Source of the DNA: Chrysomallon squamiferum
Lineage: Eukaryota; Animalia; Mollusca
Reading direction: 5' to 3'
Length of the DNA: 64,000 nt
Assembly: GCA_012295275.1 (NCBI GenBank)
Contig: CM022670.1
Coordinates: 38,440,001-38,504,000 of the forward strand
This document shows positions 12,548 to 31,521 of the stretch, in pieces (the first letter of the stretch is position 1; each line of letters opens with the position of its first letter). The position numbers and the translations under genes were made by a program. The notes under the pieces are model-generated. The model searched no databases and was not told where the DNA came from. It saw only the letters and a program-made list of their open reading frames with translations.

Positions 12548-13501
12548 TCATGTCTGGCCTTGTCGTGATGCTAACATCTTCATGTATTTGTGTCTCTGGG
12601 TTCCTCGAGTCTGTCGAGCCAACATGTGGAGAGTGAGATAATCCATCGGTTCTTCTTTTCTCTTCAGAGGCAGGTCCTTGTCTGGGCATTTTTCTATCGT
12701 CTTGGGATTGGACGGTTTCGCGAAGAACGTTGTTGTATCTGCTCGGCTTCTCAGTATTGAACGAGTTGGTCGCTGCTGCTCGCAAAAAGAATTTCCTGGC
12801 TTGCTTTTCAAAATATACGAAGAGCAAGGAAACGAGGAACCAAAAGCCACTTTCCGTTCGTTTGCAGAGTCAGAGTGCTGACTGAGAACAAATGGAAGAG
12901 CAGCGACTTCGCTGGGAGTTGACATTTTAGGTCTTGGAGAATCTTTAAAACGGCGGACGTCCGTCGGTGCCGGATTAGAAATGTTCTTGTTGTTCACTAC
13001 CAACACTGGTTTCGGATTTGATAACACGTTCACGTTGTTCTCTTTCGTTTCGTTTGCATCAGGCACATCTTCTGGATCCTTTGAATGCTTCGTTGAGGAA
13101 CTTTCCTGAAAACGGAAAGCACGGGCATCGACGTGACCGGCAGAACGACAACCCTTTTTCAGAAGTGAAAACATTTTCGATTCGCCGACACTGGTTCCTG
13201 AAAACGTTCTCGGTTTCGTACATCTTTCCGCGTTCGCGTTCAGTTCGGCCGTCATGAGTGTAGATTTCGGAACTGGGGGCAAAGCGGCGGGGATTTTTCT
13301 TTCTTTCCATGTTGGTTGAAGTCGCGCTCTGAAACTGCTGGAATGACCAGCCGAGTAGGGAGGAGGTTTGCACAGGGCCAGGTTGCCGGTGTCGGCTGGC
13401 GGTTTACACCGCGGCAGTTCAGCGATGTACACGTTGTCGTCCAGAGCCCGGCTCGCCGAGCCCTGGCGAAACGGCGTCAACACACCGAACGACGTCTTCA
13501 T
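12548..13501 (-). CDS. Intronless uncharacterised 317-aa basic Pro/Ser-rich protein
   Basis: 954-nt ATG-started ORF, roughly 50% GC in a strongly AT-rich background, no microsatellite content. Ordered-looking C-terminus EEPMDYLTLHMLARQTRGTQRHKYMKML. No family recognised. Confidence 0.75.
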   Translation of the reverse strand: MKTSFGVLTPFRQGSASRALDDNVYIAELPRCKPPADTGNLALCKPPPYSAGHSSSFRARLQPTWKERKIPAALPPVPKSTLMTAELNANAERCTKPRTFSGTSVGESKMFSLLKKGCRSAGHVDARAFRFQESSSTKHSKDPEDVPDANETKENNVNVLSNPKPVLVVNNKNISNPAPTDVRRFKDSPRPKMSTPSEVAALPFVLSQHSDSANERKVAFGSSFPCSSYILKSKPGNSFCEQQRPTRSILRSRADTTTFFAKPSNPKTIEKCPDKDLPLKRKEEPMDYLTLHMLARQTRGTQRHKYMKMLASRQGQT

Positions 13502-14256
13502 TTCGTTAGGAGTGAATCTCAGCAGAACTTTATCTGTTACACACCATCTTTGAACACTGTTCTTTTTCTTTCTTCTTTTTTGTTCGTTACTCTTTTTATG
13601 TGTGTGTGTGTGTGTGTGTTTTCCCCTTTACGGCCACATGCCAGTTTTACACATACTAACACGTCAGCGCCGGTTAATCCAGGTTATGCTCGCTGAAACA
13701 AATGCAGATTTGTTTCAATCGGCTAAAATGTTTGGGTTCAGTAGACCTAGAAGATTGATAATCCAACCCGCGAGCTCGTTTTAGACTAAATACTGTACAG
13801 GTTATACAATACAACACACTTGATACATATCTCACTGCTATACAACAACCGTTCAAAGGAATAACATAAACTTACATATCTGTTAAAGATTTAACAAAAG
13901 TTCTCGCTACATGTCGAAATCTGTACACAGCGTTGATACAACAAAACATGCCGACATAAAAGCACTGCCATACACTCTGCACTTGCTGTTAGATATATAT
14001 CGGCAGTTGTTGTAAGACAAATTTACAATTCAAATAACAATAACAACAAAACTCCACAGTTAAGTGACTGCATAAAATACTCTCTTCGTTATTTTCAAAT
14101 TATTTAACTTCGCGAAAGATATGTCGCGATTTGACATTATTTACTGTAAGTTGCACATGTACCATCAAATATTCTAAGAAGTAATATTTATTTTAGTATC
14201 TTTTATTACGTATTTATCTTTATTACGATTTATTTATTTTTAAAAAAAACTTAAAG

Positions 14257-14393
14257 ACTCAGATATGAGAGCTGAGCGGCCGTTGCAAGTCACTCAGTCT
14301 CGCGGGTTGTAATTCATACAAATCATTACCCATAATCATCATGTGTCTGAGGCCAAAAGGCCGCAGGTAAGAATCATCCTACCAAATGACAAA
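14257..14393 (-). ncRNA. U8: U8 (SNORD118)-like box C/D snoRNA, copy 2
   Basis: Reverse complement of 10801-10937 with about 4 substitutions. All U8-like motifs are intact. Confidence 0.85.
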
Positions 14394-14490
14394 GAGTTGT
14401 AGCCATCCCAGCAGTTACATAGTTGAATCTAGACAACACTGAATGGAATGGCTATTTTGCATAATAATTAGAAATGATACATTATTAAAT
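14394..14490 (-). promoter_or_regulatory. Putative snRNA-type Pol II promoter of U8 copy 2
   Basis: On the minus strand: ATTATGCAAAAT (14465-14454), CATTCCATTCA..TGTCTAGATTCAACTATGT, and distal TTTCATCAATCGA (14635-14623). Confidence 0.55.
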
Positions 14491-15383
14491 CACTTGCTCT
14501 CGAAATATGGATTTCTTATGATAGATTTTTATTATGCTGATAAATTCCTTATAATAACTGTAGTAATTTTAAATATGACTTTTATTTAATATTATATTTT
14601 GCTCAGATTACAGTTCAAACTTTCGATTGATGAAAGGAGAAAGCATTACGTCTAATTAATCTGTCCAATGACCTTCAAAGACTGAGTTGGCTGCACAACC
14701 TATAATATATTATAAAATAATAAACCGTTTTGTTTTCTTATCTTTTTTCTTCTAGTTTTTGTTTGTTTGTTTTTGGATTTTTAGTTGTTGGTTTGTTTTA
14801 TTATTCATTTACAACATTATTGTTTGCATTGAGCTCTGTTTTATTATTATTTTTTTTTATTATTATTATTTTTACTTTATTTTATTATTCATGTTTGAAA
14901 TAATAGAAATAACCGTTTTTGATGAAGTTTATTTAAAACATTTGTCTTCAAAAATATATTTCCTTGTTATATAAGGAATTTGATATTTCCTTTATTTGTC
15001 ACTTAACTTTCTTAAGCATATTCTCAGCAGTTTCAATGAATTTAAATGTATATTCCATCTTTTCTTTGTGTATTTTCGTGTGTGGACAAATAAATAATTA
15101 GAGACAGACAAACAGACAGACAGACTGACAAAGATAGATAGATAGATGGATAGATTTTCCATAAAAGCAGAATGGACCCAAAATATTTGCTCATTTTGTT
15201 ACTAAGCAATTATTTTTGAGTCAGTGTTTATCAAAAGTCCAATTGTCAGTACATTACTGATTTTAAAGAATGGCTTAAGAAATAGTTATATGTTACAAAT
15301 CTGAATCATTTTCATAATTTCAGTTTAAATTCATTTATTATTATTTTAAAATTGTTTATTAATGTTCTGAAGCGGTCATCAGT

Positions 15384-15422
<39 letters not shown>

Positions 15423-15552
15423 ACAAAAGGTATTTACATAGTATTTTTTAATCTTAGTTTTCACAGATCGAAACGAAATGTTCAATAGTTACAGTATTTG
15501 TAAACATTTCAGTCAATTTTCTAGAAGATTCTAGAAATATCTGTTCCACATA

Positions 15553-22403
<6,851 letters not shown>

Positions 22404-24249
22404 GAATTACGAAGAATTGAAATAATAATAATAATGATGGTAATAAATAAATACAAAAATTCACGGGGTTTGAGAGTGAGGCAACGCACGACTGAGTGAA
22501 GCTGCGGACAGTGTGGAAAGTGCTGGGATCTTACCAGAGGCGGAAAGAAAAGATCAGGCCACACTGAAAACATCCGTCGTTTTGTCCAACTCGCCGAGTC
22601 CTTGCGACAAGGACGTCGAAACCGGAAGAGAGGAATTGATGCAGAGGAAATACTTGAACAATGACGAGCATGGGAACAGTTTAGTAAACACTGCCGATGG
22701 CCGTATCATATCTGCTTGTTACAAAGATACAGAGGGCAATTGTCGTGGACGTATGAGGATCGAGTCCACTCAATGGAGCCATTACGATTCAACCAATGGT
22801 TAAACGACTTGAAGAGTATTGGTGTTAAATCGCGATGCTCGTTCACACACAAAAAAAGAGCAGATAAAAGAAGTTTTGCTGTCTGTGGTCAGACAGATGA
22901 ACGAAAAGAGGCCTAAAAATTTCAAAAGGAAAAAATAATCAAATTCGCCGTGGATTAAAATAATCAAACGTTTCACATTTATAAGTTGATGAAACGGCAA
23001 TGTGTTCTCAGATTGTATGAAATAAAATATTTTTATTTATTTATTTATTTGTTTGTTTATTTGTTTATTTTGTTGTTGCTATTGTTTTTTTCCTTTACGA
23101 GTGCTGGGAAACACTGATGTAATGCATGGCTAATTTATTTTATTTTTTTATTATTATTTTTTTTTATAATAAAAATTTTAATATTAAAAGAGAAATAAAT
23201 ACAATTTTGTTTTGTGTAACTTTTCTAAGGAGAACCCAAATTAATGCGTGATCACACCGTTTCATCATTTCCTTTCGTCGTCATCATCATCGTCATCATT
23301 ATTAATATTATTATCCTCTTTTTTATTTTTTCGGTAACTTTAGTAGCAGATCAGCTGGTCTAGCTATGTTAGAAACACTGAAGAATAACATTCTCTTACT
23401 TTTCATTATTTTTGATATGAATATCAATTAACAAAAGCTTTATTTAACTCTTTTCTTTAAATACATTACTGATGATATTAAATGTGCATTGTTTCCATAA
23501 ACTTATTTTCATAACATCTATGTCCTCAGTGAACAGTGAACATCTTTAAACTGAATTCTTCATTAATACTGATCACTGTTGTGTAGACCTTTTATGAAAG
23601 CAATATATATATATATATATATATAATCAGAAAAAAAGCCTTATTTCAGTTTTATAATGTAACACTTTGCTACACTAAAACTACTTATAGATATATAAAC
23701 TGTAGATACTGTGAAACCAGAATTAACAGTTTGAAGTTTGCCCCCATTTCGGTTGTTACCTACCATAACGATTCTTGGATTTATACTAAATTGTTTACAA
23801 CATTGAATTAATTAATGAAATATTCCTTTATAAATGTCTGCTTGGAATTTAATATGATCATTACGTAACTGTGCTTTTAAGTTATATTTTGTCACTCAAC
23901 GCCATTATTTCTTTTGTGAAGCTGTTGTTATATTAAATTAACAATATAAGTTTAATATAAGATAAAACAAAATCATAATTGTTTATACTTTTGCCTCTTT
24001 GTTCGTTCATTTATTTAATTTGTATTTTATAAGAAAATATTTTTTGCTTTATTTTTGTATTTCTTGTAAGTTTTTTCGTTATTCACAAAGACTATTATTT
24101 TCTGAAAATGCTTTTACTTGCACCAAGATAATTGTAATTGCAACCCTAGCCCGGTTCACGGGACATTCTGTTGTTTGTCGTATTATTTAACACGGTTTGT
24201 TTTGTTTGAATTACGCAAAGTCAGTTCATGTAAGAAAATCTCGTGTCAC

Positions 24250-24277
24250 TGACGTGGTCACGTGACTGGTTGAGTCA
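24250..24277. promoter_or_regulatory. Cluster of UPRE/CRE-like (TGACGTGG), CLEAR/E-box (GTCACGTGAC) and AP-1 (TGAGTCA) motifs
   Basis: Three consensus motifs within 28 bp in a GC-rich island between the ATG10 3' end and the PHF24 5' end. Confidence 0.5.
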
Positions 24278-24765
24278 GTCTGTACCCCGAGGGACACAGT
24301 TAAATCTTTGCTGTATGAATATGTGTGCCAGACGAGCAGTTTTGATAAATTCACTGCAACAGGTAATCTGGATTTGGTTTAGCACCTGTTCAGCTCGTTA
24401 AATCGGATTATCCGAAGATCGAGGATTAACAAAAAAAAAAAAAAAAAAAAGAAAGAAAGAAAGAAAAAGACGAAATAGTAATAATTATTTTTAAAAACCC
24501 TCAGATGCAGTTTAAAGTAGTTTTTATGATCTGTTAAAAAAAATTAAAACAATTTCGTGGTATCTGAAAGTGTATTAAAGTCATGAGAATGTTATTAGTT
24601 TTAAATTCAAGGCTACGTAAAATGGTGAAAATGAACAAAATAAAATGTTTGCGTTTTGTTGTTTTTTTCAATTAAAATGAGGATGATAATTGTTCTAAAA
24701 TCTAAAATCAATCAGTCAGTTATTTATTTATTTATTTATTTATTTGAAAAATTATCTTAAATGTT

Positions 24766-24798
<33 letters not shown>

Positions 24799-26137
24799 CG
24801 GTGTATCTTTAAAAACAGGGCTTTCATGATGAAATATGATAAAATTATTTTGCTATTTTATTATTAGTAGTAGTACTAATGTTTTATTTATTTTGTTGGG
24901 ATTTTTTCTTTTTTTCTTTTTATAGTAAAAAACGAAACAAAAATATATAAATGATCAGAATAGGTTATACATTAGCATTGCTTGATCTACATGCATTCAG
25001 GCACGCTCTTTTTTGTGTGACCTATATAGGCCTTATTTACATTTTATCAATGCTGTTTTATATATATATATATATATTTTTTTTTTTATTATTATTGGTA
25101 TATTTTTAAATTATATACTGCAAACAGTACTTGAGACTCTTGTGATACGCCTACAGAAAAAAAAAAAACCTCAACTGAAAAAACGTGGTTAGAAAAACGT
25201 TATTTTTGTCCTCGTGTTCTTCCATATTGAAACTTTTTTCAAAACAATATTTGGATATTTTACAACACAAATGTTACAGAGTAGCACCACACAACATTTC
25301 TGGAAGTAGGAAGAGGAAATGTCTATGGTAGCTTTGAACCAGCAATTGCTTTCTACTTCTCTCTCATTCAGCACAATTAATGCACACTTCACACATACAC
25401 AGAATTACAGTGTCAGTCTATTACATTTCTCGTAGGAACTTTCTAATTAATATTTAGTGTTAAATTAGCTTATACTAAGTATCATACAGCACTTTACTTC
25501 TTTTAATCACAAGAGTGTTTTTACTTAAATTGTTTTAATATAACATTTTTTTTTTTAAAGTTTAAAGCTGTACTTTATTTTGATATATATGAAAACATTT
25601 TAGATAGATGGCAGTTAGTTTTATATGGTTACAGTCAGACAAAAATATGTTGGAAATCATTTGAACAAATAATAGAATTTATAATAATAGTAATAAAAAA
25701 CAGTATTAAAAACGATTATAAGAATATAAATAACAAACACAAGAATAAAATATAACAACACTTTATTTAAAGATAATTATTCAATTAGTACAAAACTATT
25801 TTGCTTCAAGGTGTTCTTTACAATTCTGTTGTTACTGGTTGTTTATTTTTTGTTCTGCAGTTTCTACGTGTGTTTTATTTCCATTTATTCTCATATCCTT
25901 GACATACATTATTTTCTGTTGTTTCTTCTGACTGGGAACAAAAACAGAACAAGTTCAGTGTCTTTACTTTATTACAACACAACTTAAACGATTTGATGAA
26001 TACTGCTTTCCAGCGTGTTTATCATAATTACTAACATATGATTCACTGAATAACTGAGTATCGTGTTAAATTATGTTACGTCATTTTATCTGCTGCCATC
26101 AATTTTCGTAACCAGCAACGATGTAGGTTATAAACAG

Positions 26138-26175
<38 letters not shown>

Positions 26176-26394
26176 GGCTGCTTAATAAATGTAGGTCTCT
26201 TTCACTGTTCTGTTCTTTCAGAATTCCTTACAAACTACTAACTGCTTCTACTATCTCCCTCCATACAATATTCTCTCGTTTTCGTTCTCATTCCATTGTT
26301 CTGATTATCGTTCTTGACACGGTTTGTAATGCCTTTTTTTTTGTAGTTGTTTTGGCGCGAGCAATCGAAACTCAGCCTTTGTAGCCTTTTTCTC

Positions 26395-26479
26395 TCAAGT
26401 ACTTTCTGCTCCGTAGTACAGAGGTAAATTGAGTCCTACAACTGGTCCGATTGTACTGAGCCATGTTATGAGATAATTC
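26395..26479 (-). CDS. ATG10: ATG10 exon 6 (terminal)
   Basis: [27 protein letters not shown]. Confidence 0.95.
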
Positions 26480-26563
26480 CTGTAAATAAAATCTGATATC
26501 TTACCGTTCAAGATCTGTATAAATATATTTTCCACAACTGCAGGTCTGGAATAATGCTAAAAG

Positions 26564-26604
<41 letters not shown>

Positions 26605-27002
26605 CAGATAATAAAGTTCTTTTACATTTTCAACAATATGGATATTTTCAAAACACCTGACATTTTTACTCAACAATCATTTAGTGAACTTAATTTTAAA
26701 AATAAATAAATAACTGAAATAATAACAATAATAATAGAATTTAAAAATTTTAAAATCACTACAATATTGTAGATATAAGAGCTGGGAATAAGGAGTGTAT
26801 AACTTTAATAAGATTATCTCACTTAACATGTCAGTAATTATCATCAGACTGTTACTTTTTGTGGGTTACTATATATATATATATATATATACATTCATAT
26901 GCAACAAAGTAATAATTTAAAAAAATAAATAAATGAAATAAAATAAATTAAAAATGAACAATGAAAAATAAATTTAAATTAAATCAGGGTTAAGAAACAA
27001 AC

Positions 27003-27065
<63 letters not shown>

Positions 27066-29087
27066 AGAGAGAGATTACTGTTTTCTGTTGATCTGCTTCA
27101 TCAAGTCTACTGTGTAACAAGGATGAAGTTGAAAAAATGGCCGCCCAAGTATAGGATGTTCCTGATAATAAATAAAAACTATGTTAAGTGTTTTACCATC
27201 TTTTAAACATATACAAATAAAAAATCTACATTTAATACAAAAATATAATTCATTATCTTTGTAAATACATACATGACTGTGAATATATATACTAACACGT
27301 GCACTTTCTTATAGGTTAAAATACTGGTAAACATATAAATATTTAAAAATACAGATTTTACCTACAGTACAATTTAATATAACTGTTATCTATGATATTG
27401 ATGGATCAAATGACTGTAGACAGTTTTGGTGTAATATTAACTGGATCCAAAGGGAACAGTTATTGCTTAGACAATGTATAAAATAAATTAAAAAAACAAA
27501 ATCAACAAAACAAAATAAACTCGGTTATCTTATATTATACAAAGTTATCTCCCTTATTATTAACATCTTCTCAAAGAAAAATACTGTTATTTTCTTCTTT
27601 TTTTTTAAAAGAGAAATTGGGTTTTTGATATCACCTGCTGAGTTAAAAATGTCCATCTTTCCTGTTTCAGTCTTTCCTGGTAATAATCAGGAACCAGTGA
27701 CCAAACATCTTCCAAAGACAACAGTTTTCCTTCTGTAAAAATAAAAAATTCATCTCATGTAAATGTATGAGTATTGTTGTGGTTTTTACTGTAATCATTA
27801 AAACTATTTTTATGTCAGCTAATTTTATTAACAGATGAAAAATTTATTCCACAGCCTTACCTTTTGAGATAAAATAGGATATTTATACTCAGACTGAATA
27901 CAGATTTATTAACATATCAAGAAAAAAAAACTATCTTTTTTAATTGAGAGATAAAATTTGTTTTAAATTCTACAGATAACATAAGTTCATTAACAGATCA
28001 ATTAATTATAAAGTTAAAGCAAGATAATTGTTTCTAAATGAACAAGATCTTATTAATGTATCAAGAAAGATAACTCTCCTTAATTTCCAAAGTTTATAAC
28101 CATACAGCTCAAATAATATAACTTTATTCATGATTTATTTGTTCAAAAGCCTTAACTTTGATGAAAAAATAAAATCATGATCTCAGAACGAAGAATGAAG
28201 ACGACTTTATTAAGATATCAGGAAAGATAACTCTGACTTATGAAGGAGATGGAAAACTTACTGGAATCGGAGGCGGTGAAATACAAGACTGGTACAGCAT
28301 AGCTGCAACTGTACACTATGTGATACTCATAGTTCACTGCTTCTGTCTCTGTGGTACTAGTGGTACTTGTCTGTATGGTACACAGATTGTCTTCATCCTG
28401 GAAACAAAAGATACATTCTGATAAACAAAAAGCCAACTGTGGTTGAATCTTGGTTAAAATACTGGAATTACATTCAGTGGTTTGGAGCATTTCTTTTTAA
28501 GATCAAATCACTCTCCAAGTTCCTACATCCTAAGCTAATAACACAATTTTATTAAGTTACAGATATATAGCAGTAGTATTCATTAACTGCAGGGGCAATA
28601 TTACTATTTCTTTTTCTTTAGTCCTCTAACATACTAACAATGTAACAGTAGAGAAGCCAGATTTCTGTATCAACAAGTTACAGATATATAGCATTAGTGC
28701 TTGAGAACTGGAGGGGCAATTTTACTATTCCTTTTTCTTTAATCCTCAAACACACTAACATACTAACAGATTCCTGGGTTGCATGCTAAATCAGACATTA
28801 TTTTACCTTCAGTTAATTTATGCATGTTACCAACATTTAATTCATTAGGATAGAGAATGTGAAGTCATAAACAGCAGGAATATATTACATCATTTCAGTA
28901 TTTCAAACTCATAAATATTATTAGAATTTCCTTCTCTGACATTTACTTACAATTATATAATTAAAAAAACCGACTTCTATATATATATATATTTTTATTT
29001 TTTTTAAATTTTATAATAGTAAGTAAATTACAGAGAAAGAAATTCTATTAATCGTTATGAATTTTTAACACAAAAATGTGATGATGA

Positions 29088-29121
<34 letters not shown>

Positions 29122-29616
29122 GGTGATGATGATACTAATAATACTTACTAGTCCATGTTCACAAATCTCATCAAGCTCAGCGTGAGGTTTGGCTGTGTTT
29201 TCTCTACTTCTCAATACGACATTCTTAGTTACACGTTGACAAAGATACACTTCACTTTCATCATGCTGAAAACACAAAAATGTTACAAATCATTTAGTCA
29301 ATATATTCTTTTCCCTATGGCAAAACGTCAGAATTTTTCATTGTTGTTTTTTTCTGTTGTTATTTCATTGTTGTTGGGTTGTTGTTTTTTTTCCCTGGAT
29401 TTTGCAATATTTTAGAATTTTAACGTGATCTAATGCTCACTGTAACAAAACATTTTTTATACACATGCATTGTACAATACTAAATTCATTAAAAAAAAGA
29501 TGATTTGTAATTCCTGTTTGAGCCCATTATGAAGGTGAATATAAGAGACTGCATGCTATCTTAAACAGAACTCAAAATATATACCCACAATAAATTATAC
29601 TTTTATTAATAATAAT

Positions 29617-29686
<70 letters not shown>

Positions 29687-31521
29687 TACGCACATACATG
29701 TTATAGTACCCTATTCACAATATTTGATCCTTTTGTATGCTTCCAAATATATTCCAAGTTAATTTTTAATTTTTTGGTTAACATCCAATATTTATTAGTA
29801 ACACAGACAAAAAACAACCCATGAGATAGTTTAAAAATGTCTGGCCATCACCACTTGTTGTTTATTTTTTTGAGTCTGGACAAATATTGTATACATGGTG
29901 CTTAAGACTGCTCCTCAAACATTTGACATCACAACTCTAATGTGAAATGGCTTCATTTATTTTTTTTTTTTTGTTTTTTGTTACAGAATTATTTTATTGT
30001 CTTATCTTGATATGAGTGATCACATTATTTTCTATAAAAATAAAAAACAACTTGGAAGCATAAAGAGTTTATATCAGATTGTTTCATTTATAACATAAAA
30101 TATATTTTAAATAATTTTCTCGTGAAAACGTGCCACGACAGAGAGATGCTAATTTCTAGTGTAACATATGGCAGCTTTCCTTTATAATTTCAAAATGATA
30201 ACCGTTTGTTAAAAATGTAAAGCTGTGTCAAGTAATTGTACAAATGTAACGTTTTATTTTATATTTCATTTTATTATTATTATTATTATTATTTTAATCA
30301 TCTTTTACTTTTACCCAGTACTGTATGTTTTTTTCTTTTAAAATTGTTTTTACTATTTTACCATTAGTTAATGGTAACAGCTGCTTATTCAAGACAAACT
30401 TGACAAATCCAAACCAAACATATCATATTGTAAACTGTTTGTTATGTGATACCAATTTTTTTTTTTTTTTTTTTTTGCAATATGTAAGTATAAATTAGTT
30501 TCCACAAGAAAAGAAAAAAAGAAAAGAAATTTGAAAGCAAGAAGTAAAACACACTTAAAAATAGCAAATAAACTTTATTAACTGGTTGGTATAGGCCTAT
30601 ATACCTGTGATAAACAAAATTCTTATGAAGTTATTTGAAATGTTAACATTCGTGAATTAGGAAACAAAATGGCTGAATCATACTAGAATGCATTGTCTAA
30701 TTTTCAACACTCATAACATGAAAATGCATGAAATACATTATTATTTATTATATTGAATTTAACAGATGTAAGTATTTGTTTTATTTTTGTAACTGGTGTT
30801 AAACTAATGAATTAGTGCGACACTAATTCAACATAGATTTAACTTGATTCAAATTTCTGTGTAAATAAAAATAAACTATAATACTGGCTTCATTTACATA
30901 ATTAAAAAAAAATTATGACTTATTTAATTTTAAAACAAAAATGGTGGTGGGACAATAGTAAAAAATCCAAGGGAAATAACTATGTTTTTCCATTAGCTTG
31001 TGGAATTTTGTTTATAATTTATCATATTATGCACAAAATGGTTGGTGAAATTGATTAACTAAAGCAAGATTGTATATGACAGAGTATTTCCTACTAAAAA
31101 TATATATTCTATAATAAGACAATTCTATAATCACGCTATCGCAACTCTAATTTAAACGTTACTGGTTTAAATCGATTTTGTAACACTGTGCAGTTTTATT
31201 AATATTGTTTCTAGGGATAAAATCTGAGTGGAAATATACTTAAAACACAAAGTTATATTTACACGATAAAAAAAATGAAATTAAATTAAAAAATAACATG
31301 GGAAATAACTCCACTCACTGAATAATGTTTTTTTTTATAAATATTACGAATCATGATAGTAGTTGAAACATATAAAGTTGTTTTTACTTCAGTCATATCG
31401 TGAAAAATAAACTTACATGTGATACAATTAATTGCCATGTATCACGATTCTTTACAGAAATGTTAATAAATAGTTTAACTTGATTTAAAAATTCGGAGGG
31501 AGAAATCGAACCTGCCGCCAT
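26395..31521 (-). CDS. ATG10: Ubiquitin-like-conjugating enzyme ATG10 (E2-like), 6 exons, 207 aa
   Basis: Exons 31521-31417, 29265-29149, 28397-28262, 27732-27635, 27161-27079, 26479-26395 total 624 nt, all GT-AG and in phase. Motifs [40 protein letters not shown] (catalytic Cys), [20 protein letters not shown]. Confidence 0.96.
27079..27161 (-). CDS. ATG10: ATG10 exon 5 (HPC active site)
   Basis: [27 protein letters not shown]. Confidence 0.95.
27635..27732 (-). CDS. ATG10: ATG10 exon 4
   Basis: [32 protein letters not shown]. Confidence 0.95.
28262..28397 (-). CDS. ATG10: ATG10 exon 3
   Basis: ...[23 protein letters not shown]. Confidence 0.95.
28554..28770. repeat. Two-copy ~121-bp tandem duplication in ATG10 intron 2
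   Basis: AAGTTACAGATATATAGCA..GGGGCAAT..TACTATT..TTTTTCTTTA..CCTC at ~28554 and ~28675. Confidence 0.8.
29149..29265 (-). CDS. ATG10: ATG10 exon 2
   Basis: [14 protein letters not shown]...EHGL, TTTTCAG/GTAAGT. Confidence 0.88.
31417..31521 (-). CDS. ATG10: ATG10 exon 1
   Basis: [41 protein letters not shown] donor. Confidence 0.88.

Noticed and set aside
12528-13856. Overlapping short ORFs around the 317-aa gene
   Set aside because: Alternative-frame or antisense shadows of a GC-rich CDS.
10801-14393. DNA transposon with 137-bp TIRs and an internal ORF
   Set aside because: The repeats carry U8 snoRNA motifs, conserved blocks extend outward as promoter-like elements, no TSD is evident, and the ORF lacks transposase (DDE/HTH) features.
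24145-24170. Helitron 3' hairpin (CCCG-GTTCA-CGGG near CTAG)
   Set aside because: The stem is very short, CTRR spacing is not convincing, and there is no second copy in the window.
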